A stretch of DNA of 64,000 nt from an uncultured Planctomycetota bacterium (lineage in GTDB: Bacteria; Planctomycetota; Planctomycetia; Isosphaerales; Isosphaeraceae), in assembly GCA_963823665.1 (NCBI GenBank), contig CAWGMQ010000011.1:480001-544000 (forward strand). The letters are read 5' to 3'. The notes beneath the pieces were generated by a model, which ran no database searches, was not told the origin of the DNA, and saw nothing but the letters and a program-made list of their open reading frames with translations. Shown piece after piece: positions 43,154 through 53,367 of the stretch (positions within the stretch are counted from its first letter, which is position 1; each line of letters begins with the position of its first letter). Position numbers and translations under genes: made by a program.

Positions 43154-45421
43154 CTAACGCCCGACTGGGAGATGAAGCTGGAGCTCGACGTCGCTCGTCC
43201 CGGGAGGCAGTCGCAATCGAATGAAAGGAACCGGGTCATCCTCCCGGAATTCCTGTTCGATGGCGACCTCGGGTCGGGCCCTGAGATACGGGACGGAGTG
43301 ATACCGCAGCACGACCGTTCCGTCAAGTCCGGGGGTCAGATCACGCAGCCGAAGCACCCCCGCCGCCGCCTCAACCCTGCCCGAACCCTCGAGAAAGTCG
43401 CCTTCAAAGCCCTTTAGCTGCGCGAAGATGAACGTCGCCAGTGGTTGGTCGGATTCCTTGAAAGTCTTCGTTTCCAGGATTTGGACCACGTCCGGGTTAT
43501 CCGAGCAGAACTTTCGCGCGTGGGGTGTCCAGCATAATATGGCCGATGGGCCGTAAAGTTTAGCGTACCGAATGAAGTCTTGCCTGGTCCAGTTTTTCTT
43601 GCCGCATAGTTTTCCTTCGCCGAACTGGGTGAAGTTCGTTTGGAGGGAAGCGTGCAGATAGGGGCCCCCGATCAGCTGAGCGCCGGTGCGTTCCGGCAAG
43701 ATGCCGCTGAGCCGGCCTGCCTGGAACGCGTCCGGAAGGCGCTGGGTGAGGGCCCCGCTTTCGTCGGTGACCTCGACTCCGAACCCTCCCTCCTCGTAGA
43801 GAAGACGCTGGCCCGGCTTGAGATGGCGGGCGACGCAATCGACGATCCATTGGGCTCTCGGCGTGGGGCGGCTCATGAGGATCGAGTTCGTGCACCACGC
43901 GCGGAGCGAAGTAAACGTCGAAAAGCCGCCGGGGTAGCCGATGACGCGCACGCCGATCAGAATGGCGCCGATCATCACCCATCGATCGAGGGCATGGGGC
44001 GCACCGCACAATCGCTTGAGCAACTCTTGAATCATGGCTCCGCAGGAAACCGCAAGCGCGAGGTAGAACGCATAAGTGTGACGGCCGGGCTGGAGGAAAT
44101 CGAGTGACCGGGAGAGGCCGGCGAGGTAGCCCCATGCGAATCCGGCGGCGCAAAAGCCGACGCACGCCCAACCCAGTATCCGATCGCGCCGCAGGAGCAT
44201 GAGCATACCCGGTATGCCCGCGGCGATGAGCAGAGACTCGATGTGTGCCTCAGTGCTGAAGATCTGGCCGAGGCGCCGCAATACTCCCTCGTCATGAGCG
44301 AAGGCAAAACCACTCGGCCCCTTTGTGCTGGCGAGCCAGATTCCCGGGAGCCACCAGAACCAGTTGACGGCCAGAACCACAACGGGAAGCGCCCAGACGC
44401 CGAGGTGACCAAGCGGAGTGAGGCCGCGGACAGGGGCGTGCTCGGCGGCAACGCTCGCTGCACCGCGCTGCCCGGCGCGTTTCTGAGCCGATCGATCCCA
44501 GATTTGCATGAGCACCACCACGAGTGCTGTGTAGGCGATGGCGATCATCCACAACTGGGCATGCGTCAAGGGCACGTACTCGAACAGGGGACAAGCGACA
44601 AGAGCGATCAAAATCGACGTGTTGATGAACGCACCTCGTCGCGAGATTCGAGCGAGGTAGACCATCGCGGCGGCTGGCGCGATCTCCATCGCCGTGGTCA
44701 GATGCACGAGGAACGCGAGGCTCAAGAGCGCGGCGGCGAGTATCCAGTTGGTCGCACTTCCGCGCGCGAGGAGCCGCGCGAAGACGCCGGTCGCGCAGAG
44801 CGCGAGCGGGATCCCCAGAAAATAAGGCACCATGCCGACGGCCGCGTAGCTCAGGGGAAAGTCGGTCCAGATGTAGACGACCGCCAGGAGGACCGCGATC
44901 GCCGTTCCACCGGGAGGAAGTCGCCAGACTGCGCACGCCAGTGCGATCAGCCAGGGGACGGCGGCCGATGCGACGAGCACATAGATCTTGTAGGCGAACT
45001 CGGGGTGTTCGCCTCCGAAAAGGGCGATAACGAGTTCCGGAAGTGTGGACGACGATGGAAAGACGACGCTCTTGGCGTAGCCCGACATGAAGGATGGATC
45101 ATAGCCGGCGGTCGTCCACGACTGCTTCAAGAACGCCCGCGTCACGAGCGCCGAGTGGTAATACAGCGGGTGGTCATTTCGCCACACCGGCCAGCCGTTG
45201 GTCATTCCTGCAAGCCCGCCCAAGCCGAACCAGATGCCGACGCCGTGGGCCGACGAGAGGATCACGATCAAGGCCGGTGCGAGCCATTTTGCCAGCCGCG
45301 AAGGAGTCCGGGTGGGACGGGAGGTCGAGTGACTTTCTGATGTCCGTGCGTAGGGCCGGGTTGGTTGGTCGGTAGGATCGACATCCGCCAGCGGAATTGT
45401 ATCGGCGTCGGCCTCGTGCAT
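43154..45421 (-). CDS. Polytopic membrane protein, GT-C-like
   Basis: DHPLYY..YDPSFMSGY loop, many TMs, soluble C-terminal domain. Confidence 0.65.
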   Translation of the reverse strand: MHEADADTIPLADVDPTDQPTRPYARTSESHSTSRPTRTPSRLAKWLAPALIVILSSAHGVGIWFGLGGLAGMTNGWPVWRNDHPLYYHSALVTRAFLKQSWTTAGYDPSFMSGYAKSVVFPSSSTLPELVIALFGGEHPEFAYKIYVLVASAAVPWLIALACAVWRLPPGGTAIAVLLAVVYIWTDFPLSYAAVGMVPYFLGIPLALCATGVFARLLARGSATNWILAAALLSLAFLVHLTTAMEIAPAAAMVYLARISRRGAFINTSILIALVACPLFEYVPLTHAQLWMIAIAYTALVVVLMQIWDRSAQKRAGQRGAASVAAEHAPVRGLTPLGHLGVWALPVVVLAVNWFWWLPGIWLASTKGPSGFAFAHDEGVLRRLGQIFSTEAHIESLLIAAGIPGMLMLLRRDRILGWACVGFCAAGFAWGYLAGLSRSLDFLQPGRHTYAFYLALAVSCGAMIQELLKRLCGAPHALDRWVMIGAILIGVRVIGYPGGFSTFTSLRAWCTNSILMSRPTPRAQWIVDCVARHLKPGQRLLYEEGGFGVEVTDESGALTQRLPDAFQAGRLSGILPERTGAQLIGGPYLHASLQTNFTQFGEGKLCGKKNWTRQDFIRYAKLYGPSAILCWTPHARKFCSDNPDVVQILETKTFKESDQPLATFIFAQLKGFEGDFLEGSGRVEAAAGVLRLRDLTPGLDGTVVLRYHSVPYLRARPEVAIEQEFREDDPVPFIRLRLPPGTSDVELQLHLPVGR

Positions 45422-45542
45422 CGTGCCATTCTAGAATCCCGACCGGGGAGATTCCAGCCGAAGCGATGGAGCGGAAATCGGTCTGCGAGTCGGGCTCAAA
45501 GCGAGAGGATCGAAACGAGGCGCGAGCGCCGATCATTCGGGA

Positions 45543-46388
45543 TCAGAGAACGCGGAGCGTTCTGGGGCGGGGCCCGCGCGGGAAGGCTTCGTCGATCTGG
45601 GCGAGCTCGATCTCGCGCAACCGCAAATCCCCGGCTGCCGCATTTTCGGCGGCGTGTTCTGGGCGGAAGGACTTTGGAATTGCGAAGAGCGCTGGCCGCC
45701 GCACGAGGAAGCGGAGCGCGACCTGCCGGGGAGTTGAGGCGTGACGAGCCGCAATCTCGGAGAGGATGCGGCCGCCTGCGGTGCGGGGACCGGGAAAATC
45801 ACCATGACCGAACGGGCTATAGGCGACGACCGCGATGCCGTGCTGTTCGCACCAGGGAACGACGGCGTGCTCGATCGCACGTTCTTTCAAGTGGTAGAGG
45901 ACCTGATTGCAGGCGATCCGGCCGGCTCCTGCGATCTGGAGTGCCTCCTCGAGGTCGGAAACGTCGAAATTGCTGACACCCCAGGACAGGATCTTACCGT
46001 CGTGTCTGAGCTGTTCGAATGCCGCGAACGTTTCTTCCAAGGGATGGTGGCCGCGCCAGTGCAGGAGATAGCAGTCCAGCCGGTCGGTGCCGAGGCGATC
46101 GAGCGTTGCTTCGCAGGCCTTGATCGTGCCTTTCCTTGATGCGTTCTGGGCCAAAACCTTGGACACCAGGAAGACCTCATCGCGATGACCGGCAATCGCT
46201 TCGGCGACCATCTCTTCGGCGGCGCCGGAGCCGTACATCTCGGCGGTATCGATATGGGTCATGCCCAGCTCGATGCCGCGCCGCAGCGCGGTAATCGCCG
46301 CGGCCCGGTCTGGCGCCTCCGTGTACCAGGTGCCTTTACCGACCAACGGGACCGAGCGATGAATCATGCCGAATGGGCGTCGTTCCAT
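45543..46388 (-). CDS. Aldo/keto reductase
   Basis: IDTAEMYG, LVSKV, LLHW, GVSNF, NQVLY, AYSP, IPK. Confidence 0.95.
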   Translation of the reverse strand: MERRPFGMIHRSVPLVGKGTWYTEAPDRAAAITALRRGIELGMTHIDTAEMYGSGAAEEMVAEAIAGHRDEVFLVSKVLAQNASRKGTIKACEATLDRLGTDRLDCYLLHWRGHHPLEETFAAFEQLRHDGKILSWGVSNFDVSDLEEALQIAGAGRIACNQVLYHLKERAIEHAVVPWCEQHGIAVVAYSPFGHGDFPGPRTAGGRILSEIAARHASTPRQVALRFLVRRPALFAIPKSFRPEHAAENAAAGDLRLREIELAQIDEAFPRGPRPRTLRVL

Positions 46389-46578
46389 GTCGATCTGCTC
46401 GGAGCTGGGGCGCGAGGAAAAGGAGTTTCTCGCGTTGACTTGGGCCTGGTGCTTGATTGCCTGATTCTTGTGAATGCGCCAGCTTAACAGGGTAGCCGCC
46501 AGGGCGCCGAGCGCCGCGTCAGCGTCGGCGCCCTCCAAGCCGCCCAGAAATGCCCGGACCAGTCGTCCATCACAAGCT

Positions 46579-47400
46579 TCACGGAACGCGCCAGGGCTGG
46601 ACTCCGGCTTGTCGAAAGATCGGATCAAGCCGCCGCGACAGCTCCGGAAGGTTGTGGCTGGGAACCTCGGGGTAGAGGTGGTGCTCGAGGTGATAAGTCA
46701 GCTCCAGGAAGATCGCGGGCACGACCCGCCCTCTGAGCGTGTGCGTTTGCGATAACGGCGTGTTGCCGTAGTGCCGGTGCGGCAGGTGAACGGTCAGCAG
46801 CGGATAAATCCAGCTCCCAACGATCGCCAGGACGGCGTACACCAGCACGGCGGGGCTCCAGGGCAGGAGCCAGACGCCGCCAGTCACGACGACGAAGGAC
46901 CAGGCAGCCTCCGCGACAAGCCATCGCCTCACGTCGCCGCCGGTCCGGCTGCGTGCGAAAGCCCAGTGCCACAGCCGCGGCAAGAAGAGAGGGCCGCACA
47001 TCACTGCCTTCAGCAGGCTCAACCGAGCTGGGTCGCCTTCCGGGTCGTCGGGCCCCGGGAAGATATGGTGATGTCGCAGATGGGTCGACCGGTAAGCGTG
47101 CCCGCTCTCCAAGAGCACGGCGCCCATGGCGAACAGGGTCCAATCGGTTCGACGCCGGGAGAGCCCTAGCGAACCGTGGACGACATCGTGCGTGACAGTG
47201 ACCACAGACACGAAGATCAGGAACACGACGAACGGGGCCAGCCACCAAAGGCCGGCGCGCGCAACCAGGGCGTACGCCGCGACACCGAGGAATGGACGGG
47301 CCAGCGCGAGCCGGCGCTGGTAGCGCGTCGTTGCCAGGAGATCTTCGCCCAGGGACTCCAGAGTCGGCATCTCGGGCTCAATGGGCGCTACAGCATTCAT
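46579..47400 (-). CDS. Membrane fatty-acid desaturase/hydroxylase superfamily protein
   Basis: His boxes HDVVH, HLRHH, HLEHH; overlaps the stop of the upstream gene. Confidence 0.85.
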   Translation of the reverse strand: MNAVAPIEPEMPTLESLGEDLLATTRYQRRLALARPFLGVAAYALVARAGLWWLAPFVVFLIFVSVVTVTHDVVHGSLGLSRRRTDWTLFAMGAVLLESGHAYRSTHLRHHHIFPGPDDPEGDPARLSLLKAVMCGPLFLPRLWHWAFARSRTGGDVRRWLVAEAAWSFVVVTGGVWLLPWSPAVLVYAVLAIVGSWIYPLLTVHLPHRHYGNTPLSQTHTLRGRVVPAIFLELTYHLEHHLYPEVPSHNLPELSRRLDPIFRQAGVQPWRVP

Positions 47401-48925
47401 ATGAGGCTCCTCGTACTTGGGGGGTCTCGGGTCGTGGGGTGCGGCGCGGCCGGCACGCGCGGGCGAGCACGCCCTCGGCAACAAGGCGACTTCCAAGGCA
47501 ACACGCAACCGTACCCAGGCCCGGCCAGGTGCTGTCGCCGGCAAGCCAGTAGCCGGGAACGCCGATATCGTGTGGAACGGCGCGCTGGTTTGAGTTCGCG
47601 AGAGTCTGCCGGACGCCGCCCACGGCGCCTCGCGGTCGCCCGGTGAACCGCTCGTAGGTCCGCGGAGTCGCCACCTCGTAGACGACGGCGTCCCGACCGA
47701 GCGCGGGATAAATCCGCCTGGCCAGGGAGACCAGGCGCGCGCCCAGCTCGCGTTTCCGTGCGGCGTATGACTCGGGCGAAAGGTCCTGCCACGGATCGAG
47801 TGCGCAGTGTGTCGAAATCATCACCGCGCGGTAGCCCGGCGGGGCGCTTTCCGTATCGCCCGGCGCGGAGACCGACACAAACATGTTGTTGCCATCGCCC
47901 AGCGGCAGCGAGTAGTCGTCGAGGAGCTGGTGGTGGGTGAACGCCTGGCAAGCGACGTCGTCTTCGGGGACGCCCAGGAAGACGACCGCGGCACCGCCCT
48001 GGGCGGCTTCATCGCGGCGGAGGTACGGCGATAGCGCTTCGGCGACCGGCTCCGGACCTATCCTGGCCGCGAGTGCGGCCGGAACGGCAGCGACGACCTG
48101 GCTGGCTTCGACGACACCTCGACGCGTCACGACGCGATAGGCCCCCAGCTTTCCCGCTACCCGCTCGACCGCACAGCCGACACGCAACTCTCCGCCGAGC
48201 TGCCGGTAGCGCGCGATCAAGGCCTTCCAGAAGCCGCGCATGCCGCCTCTCGGCCGCGTCAGCCCGGCGCCTCGGATCGAGATTCCCAGTGCGGCATTGA
48301 TGAGTGGTGCCTCGGCCAAGGTGCCGTGGACCGTGTCCTCGATGAGCATCGCCAGCAGGCCGTGCAGCGCCCGATCGCCGCAGAGCCCGTGTGCCCGCAG
48401 GGCGTCGGCAACCGTCCAGTGGAGGTAGCGAACGAGCGGCAACCCCGCCACGCTGACCGCCCGCACCGCGCGGATCACATCGGCAACGCTCCGGATCGGC
48501 AGCTTGACCCCGCGCCGGCTGGCCCGCCAGAAGCAAGCAGCCAATCGGTCCAGCAGTCCCCAGAAGGCACGGTGTCCGGGCGTGTCTTCCAGCGCGTCGA
48601 GCCGCTCTCGCGACCAGGCGGCCGGGTCGCGGAAGAGGGTCACGGTACGGTCAGGCAGCCAAGCCACGTAACCAGGCAGAGTCTCGCTCTCGATCGGCAT
48701 CATCCCGACGCTCTCGAGCAGCTCGCCGCCGACGCCGCCGGGGCCGAAGTCAACAAGCGTGGTGGCCCCCACGTCGAAGCTGAATCCCTTCCGCCGGAAG
48801 AAGCCGGCGCAGCCGCCGGGCTGGCCGTGTGACTCGAACACGATTGTTGCCAGGCCGCTTGCCTGAAGCCGCAGCGCCGTCGCGGTCCCGGCCAGCCCAC
48901 CCCCGATGTTCGCCACGTCGTACAT
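47378..48925 (-). CDS. Phytoene desaturase-family (CrtD/CrtI-like) FAD oxidoreductase
   Basis: GGGLAG, PGGCAG.FRRKGFSFDVGAT, TPRTYERFT..RGAVGG, GDSTWPGLG. Confidence 0.85.
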   Translation of the reverse strand: MYDVANIGGGLAGTATALRLQASGLATIVFESHGQPGGCAGFFRRKGFSFDVGATTLVDFGPGGVGGELLESVGMMPIESETLPGYVAWLPDRTVTLFRDPAAWSRERLDALEDTPGHRAFWGLLDRLAACFWRASRRGVKLPIRSVADVIRAVRAVSVAGLPLVRYLHWTVADALRAHGLCGDRALHGLLAMLIEDTVHGTLAEAPLINAALGISIRGAGLTRPRGGMRGFWKALIARYRQLGGELRVGCAVERVAGKLGAYRVVTRRGVVEASQVVAAVPAALAARIGPEPVAEALSPYLRRDEAAQGGAAVVFLGVPEDDVACQAFTHHQLLDDYSLPLGDGNNMFVSVSAPGDTESAPPGYRAVMISTHCALDPWQDLSPESYAARKRELGARLVSLARRIYPALGRDAVVYEVATPRTYERFTGRPRGAVGGVRQTLANSNQRAVPHDIGVPGYWLAGDSTWPGLGTVACCLGSRLVAEGVLARACRPRRTPRPETPQVRGASYECCSAH

Positions 48926-49200
48926 GCCCTTCCCCTCGTCTATCGCGCCCGCGACGAATCCTCCGCTGCGAGCAAAAAGCGCAATCCCCGAGACGCCCGC
49001 GTGCCGACTGCGAGATCCAACGACCACATAACCGCAAAATGCTCGACAAGATTAACCGCAAGCCCGATCGACCCCAATCGAACGGGACATGCATGATGGC
49101 GAGGGGCTAACCGGCAGTTTGCGAATTCGGCAGTGCAAGACTTCCCCCGAGCTGCGCTCGCGCTTGCCTCCCCGCCGCGTTCTTGATGACGTGCGGCGGT

Positions 49201-49830
49201 TCAGGTCCGGCCGCTCCATGGAATCGAGGGTGGGTCGGCGCCCATGACCCGTCGAAGGAGGTTCGGCTCCGCAGCGAGCCACGGCTGGAAACCCGGGTCA
49301 GTCTGCATTTGCTCCGCCAGGGAGGCCCCCCGCTTCTCCTCTTGCTGGATGAACGAGATGATCTCCCGCGTCGCCCACGCCGTCGCGCCGGCGTCCACTC
49401 GTCCCGCCGGATAATACCGTCCCCGAGTCAAAAGCGGCCCCCACACTGATCTCGCCAGAACCCCGTGGGTACGTGGTACGAAGAACAGCGGCAACTGGAC
49501 GTGACAGACCTCAAGCGAGCTGTGACGCAAGTTCTCCTGAAGCAGGTTGGCAAAGGCATTTTCAACAATGCTCCAGCCGCGCCCTTGTGCTAGAAACGGC
49601 GCCGTGACGAAGTACACAACTTGGCGGCAATGTATGATTCCCTCCCGCAACGCCTCAAATGCCTCTTGGCCAGAGGGGTAATGATGCTGATCTAACCACG
49701 GGAAGTATTTGGCATCTTCTAATGCGCTGAATAGAGGCTTTACCAGGCGATCCCGATCTTCCGCACAGTGCGACAGAAAGACGTGATGGGTGCAGCGCGG
49801 CAAATGGCGAACGGTCCAATCACCGATCAT
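49201..49830 (-). CDS. Stand-alone TIR-domain protein
   Basis: VFLSHCAED, PWLD, 'VVYFVTAPFL..GWSIVE' with the conserved W-x3-E. Confidence 0.85.
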   Translation of the reverse strand: MIGDWTVRHLPRCTHHVFLSHCAEDRDRLVKPLFSALEDAKYFPWLDQHHYPSGQEAFEALREGIIHCRQVVYFVTAPFLAQGRGWSIVENAFANLLQENLRHSSLEVCHVQLPLFFVPRTHGVLARSVWGPLLTRGRYYPAGRVDAGATAWATREIISFIQQEEKRGASLAEQMQTDPGFQPWLAAEPNLLRRVMGADPPSIPWSGRT

Positions 49831-50171
49831 TCCGCTGGCCCACGTGTCGGTCGGATCGAAGGCGGGGAAACGAAGGCAGGGACACCCGGCAGAGCGATTT
49901 GACCGTGTGTCACCGCCGCAATCAGCTCCTCGCCGAGAGGCGTCGGGTGCGCGAAAATCTCGTTCTTGATTTTCAGGACGCCGCCATCTGCCATTCTTTC
50001 ACACGCCAGACGAATTTCCGCCAAGTTGTACTTGCCGTTCAACGCAGAATACACCGAAGGGTATGACAGGCCATAGCCGGCCTTTCGCGTCGGATCGAAC
50101 CGCGGAAAGGCTGCGAGGATCTCACGGTAGATTTCCGGCAAACTCTTAACGTAATCAGCGTCTATGGCCAT
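49827..50171 (-). CDS. Small putative winged-HTH protein, coupled to the TIR gene
   Basis: AAGGAG 7 nt before ATG 50171; 'EIRLACERMADGGVLKIK...HPTPLGEELI' wHTH-like tail; ATGA overlap with TIR. Confidence 0.65.
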   Translation of the reverse strand: MAIDADYVKSLPEIYREILAAFPRFDPTRKAGYGLSYPSVYSALNGKYNLAEIRLACERMADGGVLKIKNEIFAHPTPLGEELIAAVTHGQIALPGVPAFVSPPSIRPTRGPAE

Positions 50172-50279
50172 TACCAAGCTCCTTCGGTCCTTCTAATCCT
50201 TGTGGGCTCGAGCAGAGGATCTTGAGGACGATCGCCAGTGCCATTGTAACCGGCACGTAGGCTGCGGGCTGCATCGTGC

Positions 50280-52001
50280 CTACTTGTGGATCAGCACCGG
50301 GGGCTTGCGGTGCTTCGTGGCCTGCTCGTACGCGAACGCCCATCCCAGCAAGTCGCCGTCCTTCCACGGCCGGGCTGAAAACTCGAGTCCGAACGGTAAT
50401 CCCGTTGGGTAGAACCCGCCGGGCACAACGATCGCAGGCGCGCCGATTGGATTTATCCAGCCGGTCTCGCTGTGCGGTCCGCTGCTGAACTGGCCGGGAA
50501 TCGTCTCGTCGTTTGGCGGCATTTGCGCGGACGGATACACCAGTCCGTCGAGGCGGAAGCGAGCGAACGCATCGTCATAGGCGGCCAGCGCCCTTTTCTG
50601 GGGAGCCCAGAACGTCTTCTCGGCGTCCGGATCGCTCGCGAGCTCGCGCTGCGCCGCGGGCCGCCCGCCGGTGACCATCATCGGCAGCGGGCTTCCAACC
50701 GCTTTCTCGTATTCCGCGGCTGATCGATAGTCCTCCGGACCGAAGTCGCGCAGGAAGTTGTCGAAACCCTCGCGGGCATAGGGCCGCGTGTTGATGGAGT
50801 AAACGAGCGAGAGAAAGCTCTCCGGCAGGAGTGTCTCGTCGATGACGACGGTCGCCCCCGCTTTTCGCAGTTCTTCGAGCGCCCGCATGAACATCTCGCG
50901 AGTGTCCGGCGTGAGCAGCAGGGTGCGGGACCGTTGGCCCGGCGCCGCGGTCTTGAGCATGAAAGCCGGAACGCCGAAGCGCTTGTCCTCGAGCGCGTTG
51001 CTCTTGAGGTAGTTCGTGTACGGCCCGCGCTGCGCCCTGGCGGTCGAGCCGCGCGTGCGCAAGTCGCGCGGGTCTTCTCCGGCCATCACCCCCAGCGCGA
51101 TTGCCGCGTCCGTTACCGTGCGCGTGATCGGTCCCGTGTTGTCGAGAAGCGGATCGAGCGGGTGAATGCCCGCGATGCTCACCAGTCCGCGCGTCGGCAG
51201 GACACCCACGACATTGCTCGTGCCTGACGGCATGCGGATCGAGTTTGACGTGTCGGTGCCGGTGCCAAAGACGGCAAAATTGGCAGCAACCGACGTCACC
51301 GTGCCGCCAGACGATCCGCCTGGGCTATAGCGCCAGTTGTAGGCGTTGCCAGTGCGGCCGCCCGCGCTGCTGTTGGTCGTGTCGCCCGCGGCGAAGTCCG
51401 GCATATTCGTCTGCCCGATGATCACGGCGCCGGCCGCTCGCAGTTTGACGACGACGGAAGCGTCGGCTGGCGCAATGAACTCGTGACCCTTGATCAGATA
51501 GCCCTTCCAGCCGGTGCTCGTGACGAGCCCCTTGATGCTGGTGTTGGCCTTGATCACGACGGGCACGCCCCAGAGTGGGCCGCGGTTGAAAGTCAGGCCG
51601 CCGCTCTCCGCCGCCGCATCCAGACCGGCCGCCGTCACGAGCGCGCCCGCCGCGTCAATGTGCAATAAAGCTTTGTAGACGCCGTCGTAGCGCGCAATGC
51701 GATCCAGGTACCACCGCGTGACCTGCGTGACGGTGTACTTGTGCGAACTGTACATCGATTCGAGCCTCGGAATCGTTACTTCGGCGAGGTCGCGATCGAT
51801 AGCGGCGGCGGTCTGCGAAGTCGTTGTCGATGCCGCATTCGGATCGGCTCCGGCACCAACCTGCGGGCGCTCAACCGAAGCCGCACGTCGTTGAAGCTGC
51901 GTCTGTGCTCGCAGCGCGTTGCTCGGGCAGACTGATGGCGCAAGCAGGAGAGCCACAACCGCGAAGCCGTTGCAGACACTGCGCAAAATCGAATTTGTCA
52001 T
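50280..52001 (-). CDS. Secreted amidase-signature family enzyme
   Basis: GVPVVIK, PGGSSGG, GTDTSNSIRMP; signal peptide. Confidence 0.9.
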   Translation of the reverse strand: MTNSILRSVCNGFAVVALLLAPSVCPSNALRAQTQLQRRAASVERPQVGAGADPNAASTTTSQTAAAIDRDLAEVTIPRLESMYSSHKYTVTQVTRWYLDRIARYDGVYKALLHIDAAGALVTAAGLDAAAESGGLTFNRGPLWGVPVVIKANTSIKGLVTSTGWKGYLIKGHEFIAPADASVVVKLRAAGAVIIGQTNMPDFAAGDTTNSSAGGRTGNAYNWRYSPGGSSGGTVTSVAANFAVFGTGTDTSNSIRMPSGTSNVVGVLPTRGLVSIAGIHPLDPLLDNTGPITRTVTDAAIALGVMAGEDPRDLRTRGSTARAQRGPYTNYLKSNALEDKRFGVPAFMLKTAAPGQRSRTLLLTPDTREMFMRALEELRKAGATVVIDETLLPESFLSLVYSINTRPYAREGFDNFLRDFGPEDYRSAAEYEKAVGSPLPMMVTGGRPAAQRELASDPDAEKTFWAPQKRALAAYDDAFARFRLDGLVYPSAQMPPNDETIPGQFSSGPHSETGWINPIGAPAIVVPGGFYPTGLPFGLEFSARPWKDGDLLGWAFAYEQATKHRKPPVLIHK

Positions 52002-52165
52002 GGTTCTCGTCGCCCTCTTATCCGTGCTCGCTCCGTGGACACCATGCGAAACTCTTGATGAGCTCGAACTCAGCTCGAGTTGAACAAAACCGCTACACGG
52101 AAGGCAAGAAGGAGCCGCCCATGACGAAGTGGCTCGTTTCTCTGGCGCTATCACCAGATCCGCCG

Positions 52166-53305
52166 CTATGGTTTGTTCCCGGAAGCCCGCTCGGTCTCTC
52201 GCGTGATGCAGAGGGGGGCCTCCTCATTCCAAAGGATTGTCATCGGAGCAAGCCGTAAATCCACGGGATTGGAACCCTTGTTGAGTGCCTCATTGACGGC
52301 GCTCAGGTTTGCGTCGCGACCGGCGATGGCGAAGAATTCTTGGCGGGAAAGTGTGCCTTCGCGCATCGCTTTCCGAGCGAAGGCACACGATTCTTGAAAG
52401 ATGTCGCTCGACTCGAGGTCGATCGACGTGCGCGATACGCCATTGCCCACGATGCAGACCGTTGACACCGCGACACCAAGACTTTCCAGGAGCGGTTTGC
52501 CGAAGGCGATCGGCAACAACAGAGCCATGCGCCGGGCATCGATCAAAGACTGTCCCGCTTCAACGAGAAGTGACTCGATGAGCGCGTCATCGGCCTCAGA
52601 ATGGCGCGCCATCAGACCGATCGCCTGGCCCACGTCCACACCGCCCTGGATCACCAGAAATATGCGGATGCTGAAGAATCCGTCCGCAAGCGGCAGGGGT
52701 AGCGAACGAGCCGCGGCCAGACCGCTCGTCCATTGTTCGTTGTCGAGCAGCAGCTCGAGCATCGTGGGCCGGCGATCCATCTGAGCGTAATAGAGACGCA
52801 CCCAATGCGTTCCTTCCAGGAGCGGCTCCGTCGCGAGGAGCCGGTGAAACGCTTCGATCCAATCCGTACTCATCTCGACAGCGCCGGCGCCGCGGCAAGC
52901 CATGTTGCCGTCGGTGATCGTGCGCGGCACGCCATGATTCGTGATCTTCAGCTCATTTGTCTGCTCGCCACAGTCGAGCCCGAAGAAACGCTTCAGCAGC
53001 ACGTGGAGGGTGTTGTCGCTGAAGACCTGGAGCGACTGGCGAATGCGTTCCTCGCGGGTGTCTGCTATCCCGCTGAACGATTCGCAGATAGCACAACCTG
53101 GCCAGGGTGAAAACCGGATATCGACCTGAGTCGAGCACAGCGGATGGACGTTCTTGAGTGCGAAGATCAACCCTTGGATCTTCCCGGGGTGCTCAGGGAA
53201 TGTGACCCAATCTCCTTCGCTCTGCGCGGCGACGCCATGTGCGCCGAAAAGCGCGATCAGAGTGGCGTGAAGTTCATCAGGCGACGAGCAATCTGGGGCG
53301 TCCAT
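52166..53305 (-). CDS. Hypothetical protein (DUF6348-like)
   Basis: 'ESFSGI...F...LHVLL', 'HWVRLYYAQ' and 'LLLDNE.W' resemble that family from recall; not searched. Confidence 0.55.
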   Translation of the reverse strand: MDAPDCSSPDELHATLIALFGAHGVAAQSEGDWVTFPEHPGKIQGLIFALKNVHPLCSTQVDIRFSPWPGCAICESFSGIADTREERIRQSLQVFSDNTLHVLLKRFFGLDCGEQTNELKITNHGVPRTITDGNMACRGAGAVEMSTDWIEAFHRLLATEPLLEGTHWVRLYYAQMDRRPTMLELLLDNEQWTSGLAAARSLPLPLADGFFSIRIFLVIQGGVDVGQAIGLMARHSEADDALIESLLVEAGQSLIDARRMALLLPIAFGKPLLESLGVAVSTVCIVGNGVSRTSIDLESSDIFQESCAFARKAMREGTLSRQEFFAIAGRDANLSAVNEALNKGSNPVDLRLAPMTILWNEEAPLCITRETERASGNKP

Positions 53306-53367
53306 CCAGAGTCTCGGGCTAAAATATCACAGCGGATGATGTCGTTCATTTCGGACACGAAGCAAAT

